Below, one piece after another: positions 29,655 through 38,508 of a stretch of 64,000 nucleotides of DNA. Every line of letters starts with the position of its first letter. Position 1 is the first letter of the stretch. The position numbers were made by a program, and so were the translations under genes. The notes below the pieces were generated by a model. That model did not search any database, had not been told where the DNA came from, and was given only the letters and a program-made list of their open reading frames with translations. This stretch comes from Candidatus Bathyarchaeum tardum (GTDB taxonomy: Archaea > Thermoproteota > Bathyarchaeia > Bathyarchaeales > Bathyarchaeaceae), in the NCBI GenBank assembly GCA_024650005.2, contig CP122380.1:256001-320000 (forward strand), read 5' to 3'.

Positions 29655-30203
29655 ATGACGTTCATTGTAGCTGTTATTGGTTCCCATGGTTCAGGAAAAA
29701 CCACAACCATCGAATATCTAATTTCTTGTCTTACTACACAAGGCTACGCTGTTGGCACCATTAAACACATCCACCATGAAAACTTCAGCATCGACACTCC
29801 TGGAACCAATACTTGGCGGCATATGCAGGCTGGCTCAAAAATTACTGTTGCTGTTGCCCCCAAGGAAATCGTTGTACTAAAAAAGACAGAATCTGAACTC
29901 CGTAGTTTAAACAAAATTCTTGGTTTATTAGCAAACGAAAACTTGGATTACATTTTTGTGGAAGGCTTCCACAAGCTTATTTCTGAACGTAAAGACATCC
30001 CAAAAATTGTTACCGCAAAAAATTTCGAAGATCTCACCGAAACTTTGGAACGAACTTCTCATGTTTTTGCTGTATCGGGTTTGATTGCTCAAAAATCCAA
30101 CACGCTCGAAGGGGTGATTTTTCCTGTTATTCAGTTGCCTGATGATTGTGATAAACTTCTAAGAATGCTCAAAGATTTCTTTAGTAAACAATCCAAAAGT
30201 TAG
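29655..30203 (+). CDS. mobB: Molybdopterin-guanine dinucleotide biosynthesis protein B
   Basis: GSHGSGKTT, GTIKHIHH, DTPGTNTWRH, VEGF. Confidence 0.9.
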   Translation: MTFIVAVIGSHGSGKTTTIEYLISCLTTQGYAVGTIKHIHHENFSIDTPGTNTWRHMQAGSKITVAVAPKEIVVLKKTESELRSLNKILGLLANENLDYIFVEGFHKLISERKDIPKIVTAKNFEDLTETLERTSHVFAVSGLIAQKSNTLEGVIFPVIQLPDDCDKLLRMLKDFFSKQSKS

Positions 30204-30327
30204 TCAAAACGTGTTTTTTATTTTTTAAAGGTTATAGTTTATTAAAGAGAAAACTTTAAGTTGGATGTCAAGAAGTGAAGTATTCTCAATACTTCAGGAA
30301 AAAATATGCTTCTGAGTGTAGAGCAAG

Positions 30328-31536
30328 ATGACGAATGAACCTAGTCGAACCGCTGGAATAGAAATCGCAGATGACTTTTGTAGCCGCTGCGGAGTTTGTG
30401 TTGCAGTTTGTCCTTTTGAAGCAATTTCAAAAGACGAAGAGCAAAACAAGATTATTTTGGATGTAGAAAAATGTCGGGTTTGTGGCTTGTGTGTAAGCGC
30501 TTGTCCAATGTCAGCAATAGACCTTGTCTATTATAATGTTGACTCGATGACCAAAAAAGTGCAAGACGAAATGAAAGAGAAAGATGCAAACACTCTTGTT
30601 TTGTCTTGCAGAGGCAGCAACGCTGTAACCATTGACATTAAAGAGAACTTTAAAGACGAAAACGTGGAAAACTTTGTTTCTCTTCGCCTGCCTTGTGTTG
30701 GGCGTGTTCCGCCAGAATTTTACATGAATAACTTGGCTGCTGGAACCGAAAAAATTCTAGTTCTGCAATGTGAAGAAGACTTTTGCAGATTCAAAAAAGG
30801 CAGCAAAGTAGGACTCAACAGGTTTGAGTTGCTGAAAGAAACTGTAGATGTCTTGGGTTATGACCCAAACAACCTTGTTGTAAAAACTAATTCCCTGAAA
30901 GCAGTTTACGACAGTGACAAATGTGTTGGATGTGGCAAATGTGTTTTCATCTGTCCATATGACGCGATTGTATGGAAAGACGTTAGCACTCCTGAAATCA
31001 AAACTGACGACTGTATGGGTTGTGGAGCTTGTGCCCTTGTTTGCCCTCATCAAGCCATAGAATTGCGAGGCTATGAATTTGAGCCTGTTTCTGATATTAT
31101 TAAAAACTGTAGCAGCAAAGCTGCTAACGCTAAAGCCAAGGGTAAATCTGCGATTTTGTTGTTTGTTTGCCAATGGTCTGAGTTCTCAGCCTTGGACGAT
31201 GTCCAGAAAGGATGCCTTACCGATAACGTTACCATTATTGAGCTTCCATGTGCCAAAGGCTTTGATCCTGTTTTGGTTTTGGAGGCTTTAAGTGCAGGTT
31301 TTGACGGCGTTATGGCAGTTATTTGTCCAGAAGAACTCTGTAAACTTGAAGAAGGAACCTATCTCGGAGAAAGAAACTTCTCTGCTTTGAAGGTAGTTCT
31401 AAAGGAATACAACTTGGACGACCGTTTTGAGTCCTTCAGGGTTAGTCCCAAGTATCCTGGAGACTTTAAGGAAAAACTGGAAGAATTTACCAAAAAAATT
31501 TCTTCTATTCCTGACTCGGAGGAAAAAAGCGCTTAA
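30328..31536 (+). CDS. Fusion of two ferredoxin and two MvhD/FlpD-like [2Fe-2S] domains
   Basis: 2x CxxCxxCxxxCP, LSC..LPCVGRV..QCEEDFC, 2x CxxCxxCxxxCP, FVCQW..LPC..ICPEELC. Confidence 0.8.
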   Translation: MTNEPSRTAGIEIADDFCSRCGVCVAVCPFEAISKDEEQNKIILDVEKCRVCGLCVSACPMSAIDLVYYNVDSMTKKVQDEMKEKDANTLVLSCRGSNAVTIDIKENFKDENVENFVSLRLPCVGRVPPEFYMNNLAAGTEKILVLQCEEDFCRFKKGSKVGLNRFELLKETVDVLGYDPNNLVVKTNSLKAVYDSDKCVGCGKCVFICPYDAIVWKDVSTPEIKTDDCMGCGACALVCPHQAIELRGYEFEPVSDIIKNCSSKAANAKAKGKSAILLFVCQWSEFSALDDVQKGCLTDNVTIIELPCAKGFDPVLVLEALSAGFDGVMAVICPEELCKLEEGTYLGERNFSALKVVLKEYNLDDRFESFRVSPKYPGDFKEKLEEFTKKISSIPDSEEKSA

Positions 31537-31553
31537 CTTGGACGTGAGCATGA

Positions 31554-32390
31554 ATGTATAAAATTATAACCAAAGAAGAAGTTGCACCCAATATCCACTT
31601 GATTGAAATAGCTGCTCCCGATGTGGCACTCAAGTCTCATCCTGGACAGTTTGTTATTATTCGTCTCGACGACAAAGGTGAACGTGTTCCCCTTACCATC
31701 GCAGGTGTTGACTTGCAAAAAGGTACAGTTTCCACTGCTTTTCATGCAGTAGGCAAAACCACCAAAAAACTAGCAAAACTCAAGGCAGGTGACTCCCTCT
31801 TGGACTTTTCTGGTCCTTTGGGCAATCCTGCCGAAGTTGAAAATTTTGGTAAAGTTTTACTTGTTGGGGGTGGAGTCTGGGGTGCTCCTTTGCATTATGT
31901 TGCAGTTGCATTGAAGAAAAACAATAACAAACTTGTTATTGTTGCAGCAGGACGAACCAAAAACGACATGGTTTATGAAAACCAACTAAAAGCTATAGCT
32001 GACGAATTCCATGTGGCTACTGATGACGGTTCTAAAGGCAATGAGGGTCTAGACTTTATTGCTGACATTTTGAAGGCTCAAAAGTTTGATCACGCAGTTG
32101 TTATGGGTCCAGTTTCTACGCTAAAGAAAGTAGTAGAAATGACTAAACCTTACAATCTCAAAACAATGGTTACTTTAGCGTCTTTGATGGTTGACGGAAC
32201 TGGCATGTGTGGTGCCTGCCGTGTAACTGTTGGAGGTGAAACTAAATTCGCTTGCATGGACGGTCCTGAATTTAATGGTCTTGACGTGGACTTTGACGAA
32301 TTAATCTCAAGGCAGCGTGTTTACTTGCCTGAGGAAAGGATGGCGTCTATGATTTATGATAAACTTGGAGGAAGTGTGAAGCGTGGATAG
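31554..32390 (+). CDS. nfnA: Electron-bifurcating transhydrogenase small subunit NfnA/SudB
   Basis: PGQFVI, ERVPLT, GPLG, MVDGTGMCGACR, ACMDGPEF. Confidence 0.92.
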   Translation: MYKIITKEEVAPNIHLIEIAAPDVALKSHPGQFVIIRLDDKGERVPLTIAGVDLQKGTVSTAFHAVGKTTKKLAKLKAGDSLLDFSGPLGNPAEVENFGKVLLVGGGVWGAPLHYVAVALKKNNNKLVIVAAGRTKNDMVYENQLKAIADEFHVATDDGSKGNEGLDFIADILKAQKFDHAVVMGPVSTLKKVVEMTKPYNLKTMVTLASLMVDGTGMCGACRVTVGGETKFACMDGPEFNGLDVDFDELISRQRVYLPEERMASMIYDKLGGSVKRG

Positions 32391-33792
32391 AGAACAAAGA
32401 AAGCATTCAGCTCCGATGGCTAAACAAGATATTTTGGATCGGATTCACAATTTCTATGAAGTAGCCCTTGGTTACACCGAAGAACAAGCTATACTGGAGG
32501 CAACCCGTTGTTTGCAGTGTCCTAATCCTCGATGTGTTCAAGGCTGCCCCGTAGGCATTGACATTCCTGCCTTTATTAAAGAAATCAAGGAAGGCAATTA
32601 CAGTGCTGCAGCTTCTAAACTAAAAGAGAAAAACAGTTTACCTGCAGTTTGTGGACGAGTTTGTCCTCAAGAAAACCAGTGCCAAGAATTATGTGTCATC
32701 GGTAAAATGGGTGACCCCATTTCTATCGGCAGGTTAGAACGATTTGCTGCAGATTATGAACGCAAAGCAGGTGTTACCATCCCCGAAAAACAACCTGACG
32801 GCGCAACTGGCAAAGTAGCCATTGTCGGTTCAGGTCCTGCAGGTTTGACTGTTGCAGCTGACCTTGTTAAACAAGGTCATGAAGTTGTAATGTTTGAGTC
32901 TTTGCACTATGCGGGTGGTGTTTTGATGTATGGTATTCCTGAGTTCCGTTTGCCCAAAGAGATTGTGCAAGCAGAAGTTGAATACATCAAAAACCTTGGT
33001 GTAGACGTAAAAACCAACTACACTATCGGGCGAATCTTTACTATTGATGAACTTTTTGCAGACGGCTATGATGCAGTTTTCATCGGTAGTGGTGCAGGTC
33101 TTCCTAACTTTATGGGAATTGAGGGCGAAAACTTGGGTGGCGTATACGCTGCTAACGAGTTCCTGATTCGCGTAAACTTGATGAAAGGTTACCTGTTCCC
33201 AGAATACGATACCCCCATTAGAATTGGCAAAAACGTTGCAGTAATCGGCGGTGGAAACGTCGCCATGGATGCTGCTCGTTGCAGTTTACGATTAGGTGCA
33301 GAAAAAGTTTACATCGTTTACCGTCGAGCTCGGGAGCAGCTTCCTGCCCGTGAAGAAGAATCAGAAAATGCAGAAGAAGAAGGCATAATCTTCCGATTAT
33401 TAACTAATCCAATCAAATTTACTGGTGACGAAAGCGGTTGGGTAAATGGCATGGAATGCATCAAAATGGAACTTGGAGAACCCGACGCTTCAGGCAGACG
33501 CCGACCCGTTCCAATTGAAGGTTCTAATTTCATGATGGACGTAGACACAGTAGTTATCGCCATTGGTCAAACACCAAATCCATTGATTCAACGAACCACT
33601 GACGGTCTAGAAACTACCAAATGGGGAACCATAGTAGCAGACGAAGAAACTGGCGCAACAAGCAAAGAAGGCGTCTACGCAGGCGGAGACGTAGTCAGCG
33701 GCGCAGCAACAGTAATCAGTGCCATGGGAGCCGCCAGAAAAGCCGCCCAAGGCATCCATGAATACATCCAGAAAAAGAAAACTGGACAATAA
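32383..33792 (+). CDS. nfnB: Electron-bifurcating transhydrogenase large subunit NfnB/SudA (GltD-like)
   Basis: RCLQC..C..GCP, CGRVCPQE.QC, GSGPAG, YGIPEFRL, GGGNVAMD, AGGD..SGAATV. Confidence 0.92.
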   Translation: MDREQRKHSAPMAKQDILDRIHNFYEVALGYTEEQAILEATRCLQCPNPRCVQGCPVGIDIPAFIKEIKEGNYSAAASKLKEKNSLPAVCGRVCPQENQCQELCVIGKMGDPISIGRLERFAADYERKAGVTIPEKQPDGATGKVAIVGSGPAGLTVAADLVKQGHEVVMFESLHYAGGVLMYGIPEFRLPKEIVQAEVEYIKNLGVDVKTNYTIGRIFTIDELFADGYDAVFIGSGAGLPNFMGIEGENLGGVYAANEFLIRVNLMKGYLFPEYDTPIRIGKNVAVIGGGNVAMDAARCSLRLGAEKVYIVYRRAREQLPAREEESENAEEEGIIFRLLTNPIKFTGDESGWVNGMECIKMELGEPDASGRRRPVPIEGSNFMMDVDTVVIAIGQTPNPLIQRTTDGLETTKWGTIVADEETGATSKEGVYAGGDVVSGAATVISAMGAARKAAQGIHEYIQKKKTGQ

Positions 33793-33804
33793 CCCTAAAA
33801 ATCC

Positions 33805-33845
33805 AAGGTAACCACAAGTTACCTTACTTTTCATTTTTATTTTCA
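33805..33845 (+). terminator. Hairpin plus T-rich tract after nfnB
   Basis: AAGGTAAC-CACAA-GTTACCTT followed by T-runs. Confidence 0.5.
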
Positions 33846-33992
33846 CATTTTTTACATGTTATTAAGTTCAAAAATAGTTGAAACTAATTTAATCCCTGTT
33901 TCTGCTTGTTTTTCCATTTTTTCTAATTATAACTTCGAATATTCTTGGGAACTAAACAACACCAAATTATCAGGAGAACATTGATGCCCTAT

Positions 33993-34202
33993 TCAATAGC
34001 CTTTTTTCATGAATGAACTGGACCTTTTCTTTTTTCGGTTTATTAACCAGACTCCGATACACGCGATTCCTAGAAGAATAAATGATGCACTAACTATTGG
34101 AGCCCAATTAACTGGGTTCAAGAAAATAAATGAAATTATTGCTACGATGAACCATGATGCGGCAAAAATCAACATCATTTTACCATATTCAATTTCACTC
34201 AT
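33993..34202 (-). CDS. Small 2-TM membrane protein
   Basis: 69 aa, two hydrophobic helices and a basic tail. Confidence 0.5.
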   Translation of the reverse strand: MSEIEYGKMMLIFAASWFIVAIISFIFLNPVNWAPIVSASFILLGIACIGVWLINRKKKRSSSFMKKGY

Positions 34203-34328
34203 GCAATATTCTATGATTTTTCTAACTTAAGACTTTATTGTTAAAACATATTCAAAACTAACAATATAATTATATATCACTCTCACTCTGAAAATATTGA
34301 ATCAATCACGCAAGGAACCAGACTGAAA

Positions 34329-34874
34329 ATGAATAATAGATTATGCGCTGTTGTTTTAGTTGTTGCCCTTGTTGTTTCATTTTTTGTCAATGTTGTTCTA
34401 TACTTTCAGAATTACAGTGCCAATCAGCTAAAGGATGATTTTGATGCTTACTATAATGAGTTTGGAAATGTTATTGTAGAAAGCATTAGTTACAATTTTT
34501 CTCCACCCGTTTCCATGTATAAAGCTCTTAAAATTGCACTGGAACACGGTGGTTGGAACACGACTTCTCTTGAAAACATGACTGTCGGGGTTTACCTTGA
34601 TTACCGCCAATTCTGGAGCAATTCTACAGTCACAACTCCTGAAGGTTTCACAACTCATATTCCTGGTTCGGGTTCTCACTTGGTGTGTTCAATCACACAA
34701 CCAGTTGATGACTATTCAGTTGTTACCGTTGGCAATTCGACTAGCAACATGACATACAGGTACATTTGGTCTATTGTTGTAACACATAAATCAGGCGTTG
34801 TCAGCCTACCCCCGCCGGGACTTTATTGGATTGATGCCGCAACAGCAGAAATAATCCCTACACGACCATTTTAA
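34329..34874 (+). CDS. Membrane-anchored secreted hypothetical protein
   Basis: N-terminal TM, N-glycosylation sequons, C-terminal YWIDAAT.EI (PepSY-like ending). Confidence 0.65.
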   Translation: MNNRLCAVVLVVALVVSFFVNVVLYFQNYSANQLKDDFDAYYNEFGNVIVESISYNFSPPVSMYKALKIALEHGGWNTTSLENMTVGVYLDYRQFWSNSTVTTPEGFTTHIPGSGSHLVCSITQPVDDYSVVTVGNSTSNMTYRYIWSIVVTHKSGVVSLPPPGLYWIDAATAEIIPTRPF

Positions 34875-35053
34875 TTCTCAAGTGAACTGCAGTAAGATGC
34901 CCATTAACACCCCACAGAAGCTCTTAAGGTCCGCTGTTGTCCTCACCAAACTTTACAGAATCTGTTTTTCGTACTCTTTATTAACGTCGTTTTTTCTTTG
35001 TTTTACACTCCGACGTACTGGTGATTATTTGTCCTCCGTGGGGAGGTTTGTTG

Positions 35054-35596
35054 TTGTCTGATGGGAAACTTGTTTCAGAGACTAAATCTAAGGCAGTTAC
35101 CATGTGTGACTTTGATTGTAGCTTCAAAGCTGAGCTAAGCAAAGTTGCAGGGGTAGAAAACCTAAAGTTTTGTTACCAATGCGGCACCTGCACAGCAGAC
35201 TGCCCAATCGCACGGGTCAGCAAAGATTTTCGTCCCCGAACTATCATGCGCATGACCCAGCTAGGCATGAAAGAGCGCATCTTTGAAGACAACAAAATCT
35301 GGTTATGTGCAGCCTGTTTTACCTGCGTAGATCATTGCCCCCAAGGAGTAGACATCGCAGGAGTAATGCGGGCACTGCGTAACCAAGCAGTAAAAGAAGG
35401 AAAAATCCCCAAAACCTTTGTGGACATCAAAAACAACATCCACAAAAGTGGCTTGGCATACGACATCCCAGACATGCGCAAACGAAAACGCGTAGAAAAC
35501 GGACTACCCGAACTGCCCATAGCTAACTCCCAAGAAATCTCCAAACTCCTTAATCTTGTTGCCAAGTCTAAAGAACCGAAAACGGAGAACAACTAG
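35054..35596 (+). CDS. hdrC: Heterodisulfide reductase subunit C
   Basis: CYQCGTCTADCP and WLCAACFTCVDHCPQG; start estimated from GGAGGT RBS. Confidence 0.93.
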   Translation: MSDGKLVSETKSKAVTMCDFDCSFKAELSKVAGVENLKFCYQCGTCTADCPIARVSKDFRPRTIMRMTQLGMKERIFEDNKIWLCAACFTCVDHCPQGVDIAGVMRALRNQAVKEGKIPKTFVDIKNNIHKSGLAYDIPDMRKRKRVENGLPELPIANSQEISKLLNLVAKSKEPKTENN

Positions 35597-35597
35597 C

Positions 35598-36476
35598 TTG
35601 ACTGACCTGAAGTACCTGTTCTTTTTAGGTTGTGTTATTCCGTACCGTTTAGCCAGTTTTGAAGTTTCTTCCCGAAAAGTACTAGAAAAAATAGGCGTAG
35701 AACTGGAAGAAATGCCCGAAGCCAACTGCTGTGGGTTGCCTTTAGATTCTGTAGACCATGAATCGATGCTGGTTTTAGCTGCAAGAAACCTTTGTTTTGC
35801 CGAACAAAAAGGCTTAGACGTAATGACTTTGTGTCCGGGCTGTGCGGGAACCTTACGGAAAGTCAACAAACTAGTTCAAGATGACAAAGCTGTCAAAGAA
35901 AAAATCAACGGATACCTCAAAGAAGTTGGACTCAAACTTGAAGGCGGAAAAATCCGAGTTAGACACTTTATGCAAGTTTTGTCTGAGGATATTGGTTACG
36001 AAAAAATTAAACAAGCAGTAACCAATCATTTAACTGACCTAAAAGTAGCTGAACACATCGGCTGCCACGTTTTGCGACCAAAAAAATACATAGGCTTTGA
36101 CGATCCCGAAAACCCTGTAATCTTAAAACAATTAATAGAAGCAACAGGAGCACAATCACTTGATTACATGTACAAAACCGACTGCTGCGGCGCCCCCATC
36201 ATAGGAGTAAACGACAAACTATCCCTGCAAATCGCAGGAGACAAACTAAAAAACATCAAAAAAGTCAACGCCCAAGCCCTAATCACCGTGTGCCCCTTCT
36301 GCCAAATGATGTTTGACACCAACCAAAAACGAATCGAACAAGCCCTCGAAGAAAAATTCGGAATCCCAGTACTCCATTACCCCCAACTTTTAGGACTTGC
36401 AATGGGACTAGACCCCAAAGACCTCGCCATAAACGAACTACGAGTAAAAGCAACAAACCTGCTAAACAAAAACTAG
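35598..36476 (+). CDS. hdrB: Heterodisulfide reductase subunit B
   Basis: FLGC, two CCG motifs, CPGC, HIGCH, CPFC, HYPQLLGLA; TTG start right after the hdrC stop. Confidence 0.95.
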   Translation: MTDLKYLFFLGCVIPYRLASFEVSSRKVLEKIGVELEEMPEANCCGLPLDSVDHESMLVLAARNLCFAEQKGLDVMTLCPGCAGTLRKVNKLVQDDKAVKEKINGYLKEVGLKLEGGKIRVRHFMQVLSEDIGYEKIKQAVTNHLTDLKVAEHIGCHVLRPKKYIGFDDPENPVILKQLIEATGAQSLDYMYKTDCCGAPIIGVNDKLSLQIAGDKLKNIKKVNAQALITVCPFCQMMFDTNQKRIEQALEEKFGIPVLHYPQLLGLAMGLDPKDLAINELRVKATNLLNKN

Positions 36477-36530
36477 AACCATAAAAAGAAAAAGAAAAGA
36501 TGAAAATGCTGCAAGTGCAGCATCGGGATG

Positions 36531-36956
36531 TTATTTTACGTCCACGATTTCTAGGTCAAAGATTAAGGTTTGTCCAGCTAGGGGATGATTAAGGTCTAGG
36601 GTGATGTTTTCTTCTTCAACTTTTGCTACTGTAGCGTATTTGACTCTGCCCAGATCCGTTTTATAGCAAACAACATGCCCCTCTTTGATTCCTGTTTCAG
36701 GTTCTTTGGATTTGTCTCGGGCGATTTCTGTGAACAGCCCATCTTTTCGTAAACCATACCCTTTTTCTGGAGGAACAACAACCGTTTTTTTCGTTCCATT
36801 TTCAAGCCCAACAACCGCCTCATCCAATCCTTTAAGGACATTTCCTTCTCCAACTTTAAATTCAAGCGGTTTTTTATCTCGGGAACTATCAATCATTCGA
36901 TCATCAATTTTTGCATCATAATGCATTTTTACGACGTTTCCGTTTTCTATAACCAA
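36531..36956 (-). CDS. slyD: FKBP-type peptidyl-prolyl isomerase (SlyD-like)
   Basis: HY...DSS...PLEF.VG, PPEKGYG, DLNHPLAG.TL.F. Confidence 0.9.
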   Translation of the reverse strand: MVIENGNVVKMHYDAKIDDRMIDSSRDKKPLEFKVGEGNVLKGLDEAVVGLENGTKKTVVVPPEKGYGLRKDGLFTEIARDKSKEPETGIKEGHVVCYKTDLGRVKYATVAKVEEENITLDLNHPLAGQTLIFDLEIVDVK

Positions 36957-37318
36957 AAATACAACTCCACATTGCCACACTCAGCTTTACATATAAGAGT
37001 TGTTTTCATCCCCCATTTTGCTGGTTAAGTTACATATTTTCCAAAAACTTTTTTTCAGAAAAACAGGTCACAAAGCTGTTATGTTACTTACGTCAAATAT
37101 GTTCCTAATATTTTACGATAAAATGAGCTCTTCTGGTATCGATTATGCGCCTATTATTTTTCTACGTTGCCAGAAATAACGATGATTTTTATTTATATCC
37201 TTAAAAATGGGTTTGCATTGGCCTTGTTTTTACTTTCTAGTGCCTAAAAATGACCTTTTTTTTATCTAAACGTAAATATTCTGGGTTTTATGGTATGCGT
37301 GTGAGGTGGATTGTTTTG

Positions 37319-37372
37319 ATGTTTGAAGAAGAAGACTGGGACGAAGACTTCGATGACGAAGACGAAGACTGA
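37319..37372 (+). CDS. Putative 17-aa acidic micropeptide MFEEEDWDEDFDDEDED
   Basis: GAGGTG RBS at 37303-37308; in-frame TTG-ATG start; 13 of 17 residues Asp/Glu. Confidence 0.55.
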   Translation: MFEEEDWDEDFDDEDED

Positions 37373-37635
37373 TATCCGTTCTTGAGCTTTAAATCCCAAG
37401 ACCAAAACAAAATCTGGGACTAAAAAGCAAAACCAAGACTAACGGGCGACCCATTAAAACAAGAATTTTGTTTGATGTTTTTTTATGATAAATGGTCCAC
37501 ATGTGACCAAACAATCAAAAACATAAGATTTTGCTGATTCAAAATCATATATTTCTATTGATAGTAGTTTATGTTGAAAGTAACCTTTTTTCTGGAAAAC
37601 CAAAAAACACAAAATCTGTTCCTTAGAACGTTGAA

Positions 37636-37729
37636 TGGTGCGGCCGCCGGGATTTGAACCCGGGGTTACAGGCTTGGAAGGCTTACACCACAGATGTGTC
37701 TGTGTCATGCCAGGCTAGACTACAACCGC
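37636..37729 (-). tRNA. tRNA-Gly(TCC) with 17-nt intron at 29/30 (37683-37699)
   Basis: Cloverleaf with encoded CCA; BHB with ACAC/GTGT central helix and AGA/AAG bulges; splicing restores CAGGC/GCCTG anticodon stem. Confidence 0.92.
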
Positions 37730-38013
37730 ACATTGATTAACAGCAAAGTAATGCAGCAGTTGTCTTTTATGAACTTTTTCTCTAAAAACATTCGAAAGTA
37801 TTTGGTGCGACCGTATGCTAGTATAAACATTCAGGATTTTTGTCAAATAAACCAATTTAACATATTTGTAATCTGTGTTGACATGAGTGCTTAGAATAAC
37901 TTTTTATTGTTTTTCAGCTTTAGTTTAATCTAAAGAATTTTTCTATGTTCCCTTCAGAAAACATCTGGATGGATTTAAAAAATGTTGGGGATGCCAGTGT
38001 CGGAGGAATTTTT

Positions 38014-38508
38014 TTGGCAAAAGATGATAATCGTCGTATGCTGTTAGAGAAAACATTAAAAGAATACAACTATGAAGGAAGCAGTCTTCTGGAAATCCTT
38101 CATAAAGCCCAAGGAATCTACGGATTCCTTGACAAAAAACTGCTAATGGACATTTCTCAATCGCTTAGTCTTCCCCCAAGTCATGTGTTGGGTGTAGCAA
38201 CATTCTACAGCTACTTCAACTTGGAAAAACCAGGAGACCACATAGTTACAGGCTGCCTTGGAACCGCTTGTTACGTGAAAGGCGTTGAAGACATCATGCA
38301 AGCCATCGAAAACGAATTCAAAATCAAAAGAGGGAAAACCACCGCTGATGGCAAACTTTCTTTGTTTGTAACAAGATGCATAGGAGCATGCGCAATGTCT
38401 CCAGCTGTAATTGTAGATGACGAAGTCGTTGGTAAATCAACAAAAGAGATCGTGATCAAAAAAATCAAACAACTACTCAAAGGAGGCGAAAATATTGAAA
38501 CTAGTTGA
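38014..38508 (+). CDS. hoxE: Hox hydrogenase diaphorase subunit E (NuoE-like)
   Basis: LHKAQ..YG, GVATFY, CLGTACYVKG, RCIGAC..P; TTG start after GGAGG. Confidence 0.9.
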   Translation: MAKDDNRRMLLEKTLKEYNYEGSSLLEILHKAQGIYGFLDKKLLMDISQSLSLPPSHVLGVATFYSYFNLEKPGDHIVTGCLGTACYVKGVEDIMQAIENEFKIKRGKTTADGKLSLFVTRCIGACAMSPAVIVDDEVVGKSTKEIVIKKIKQLLKGGENIETS

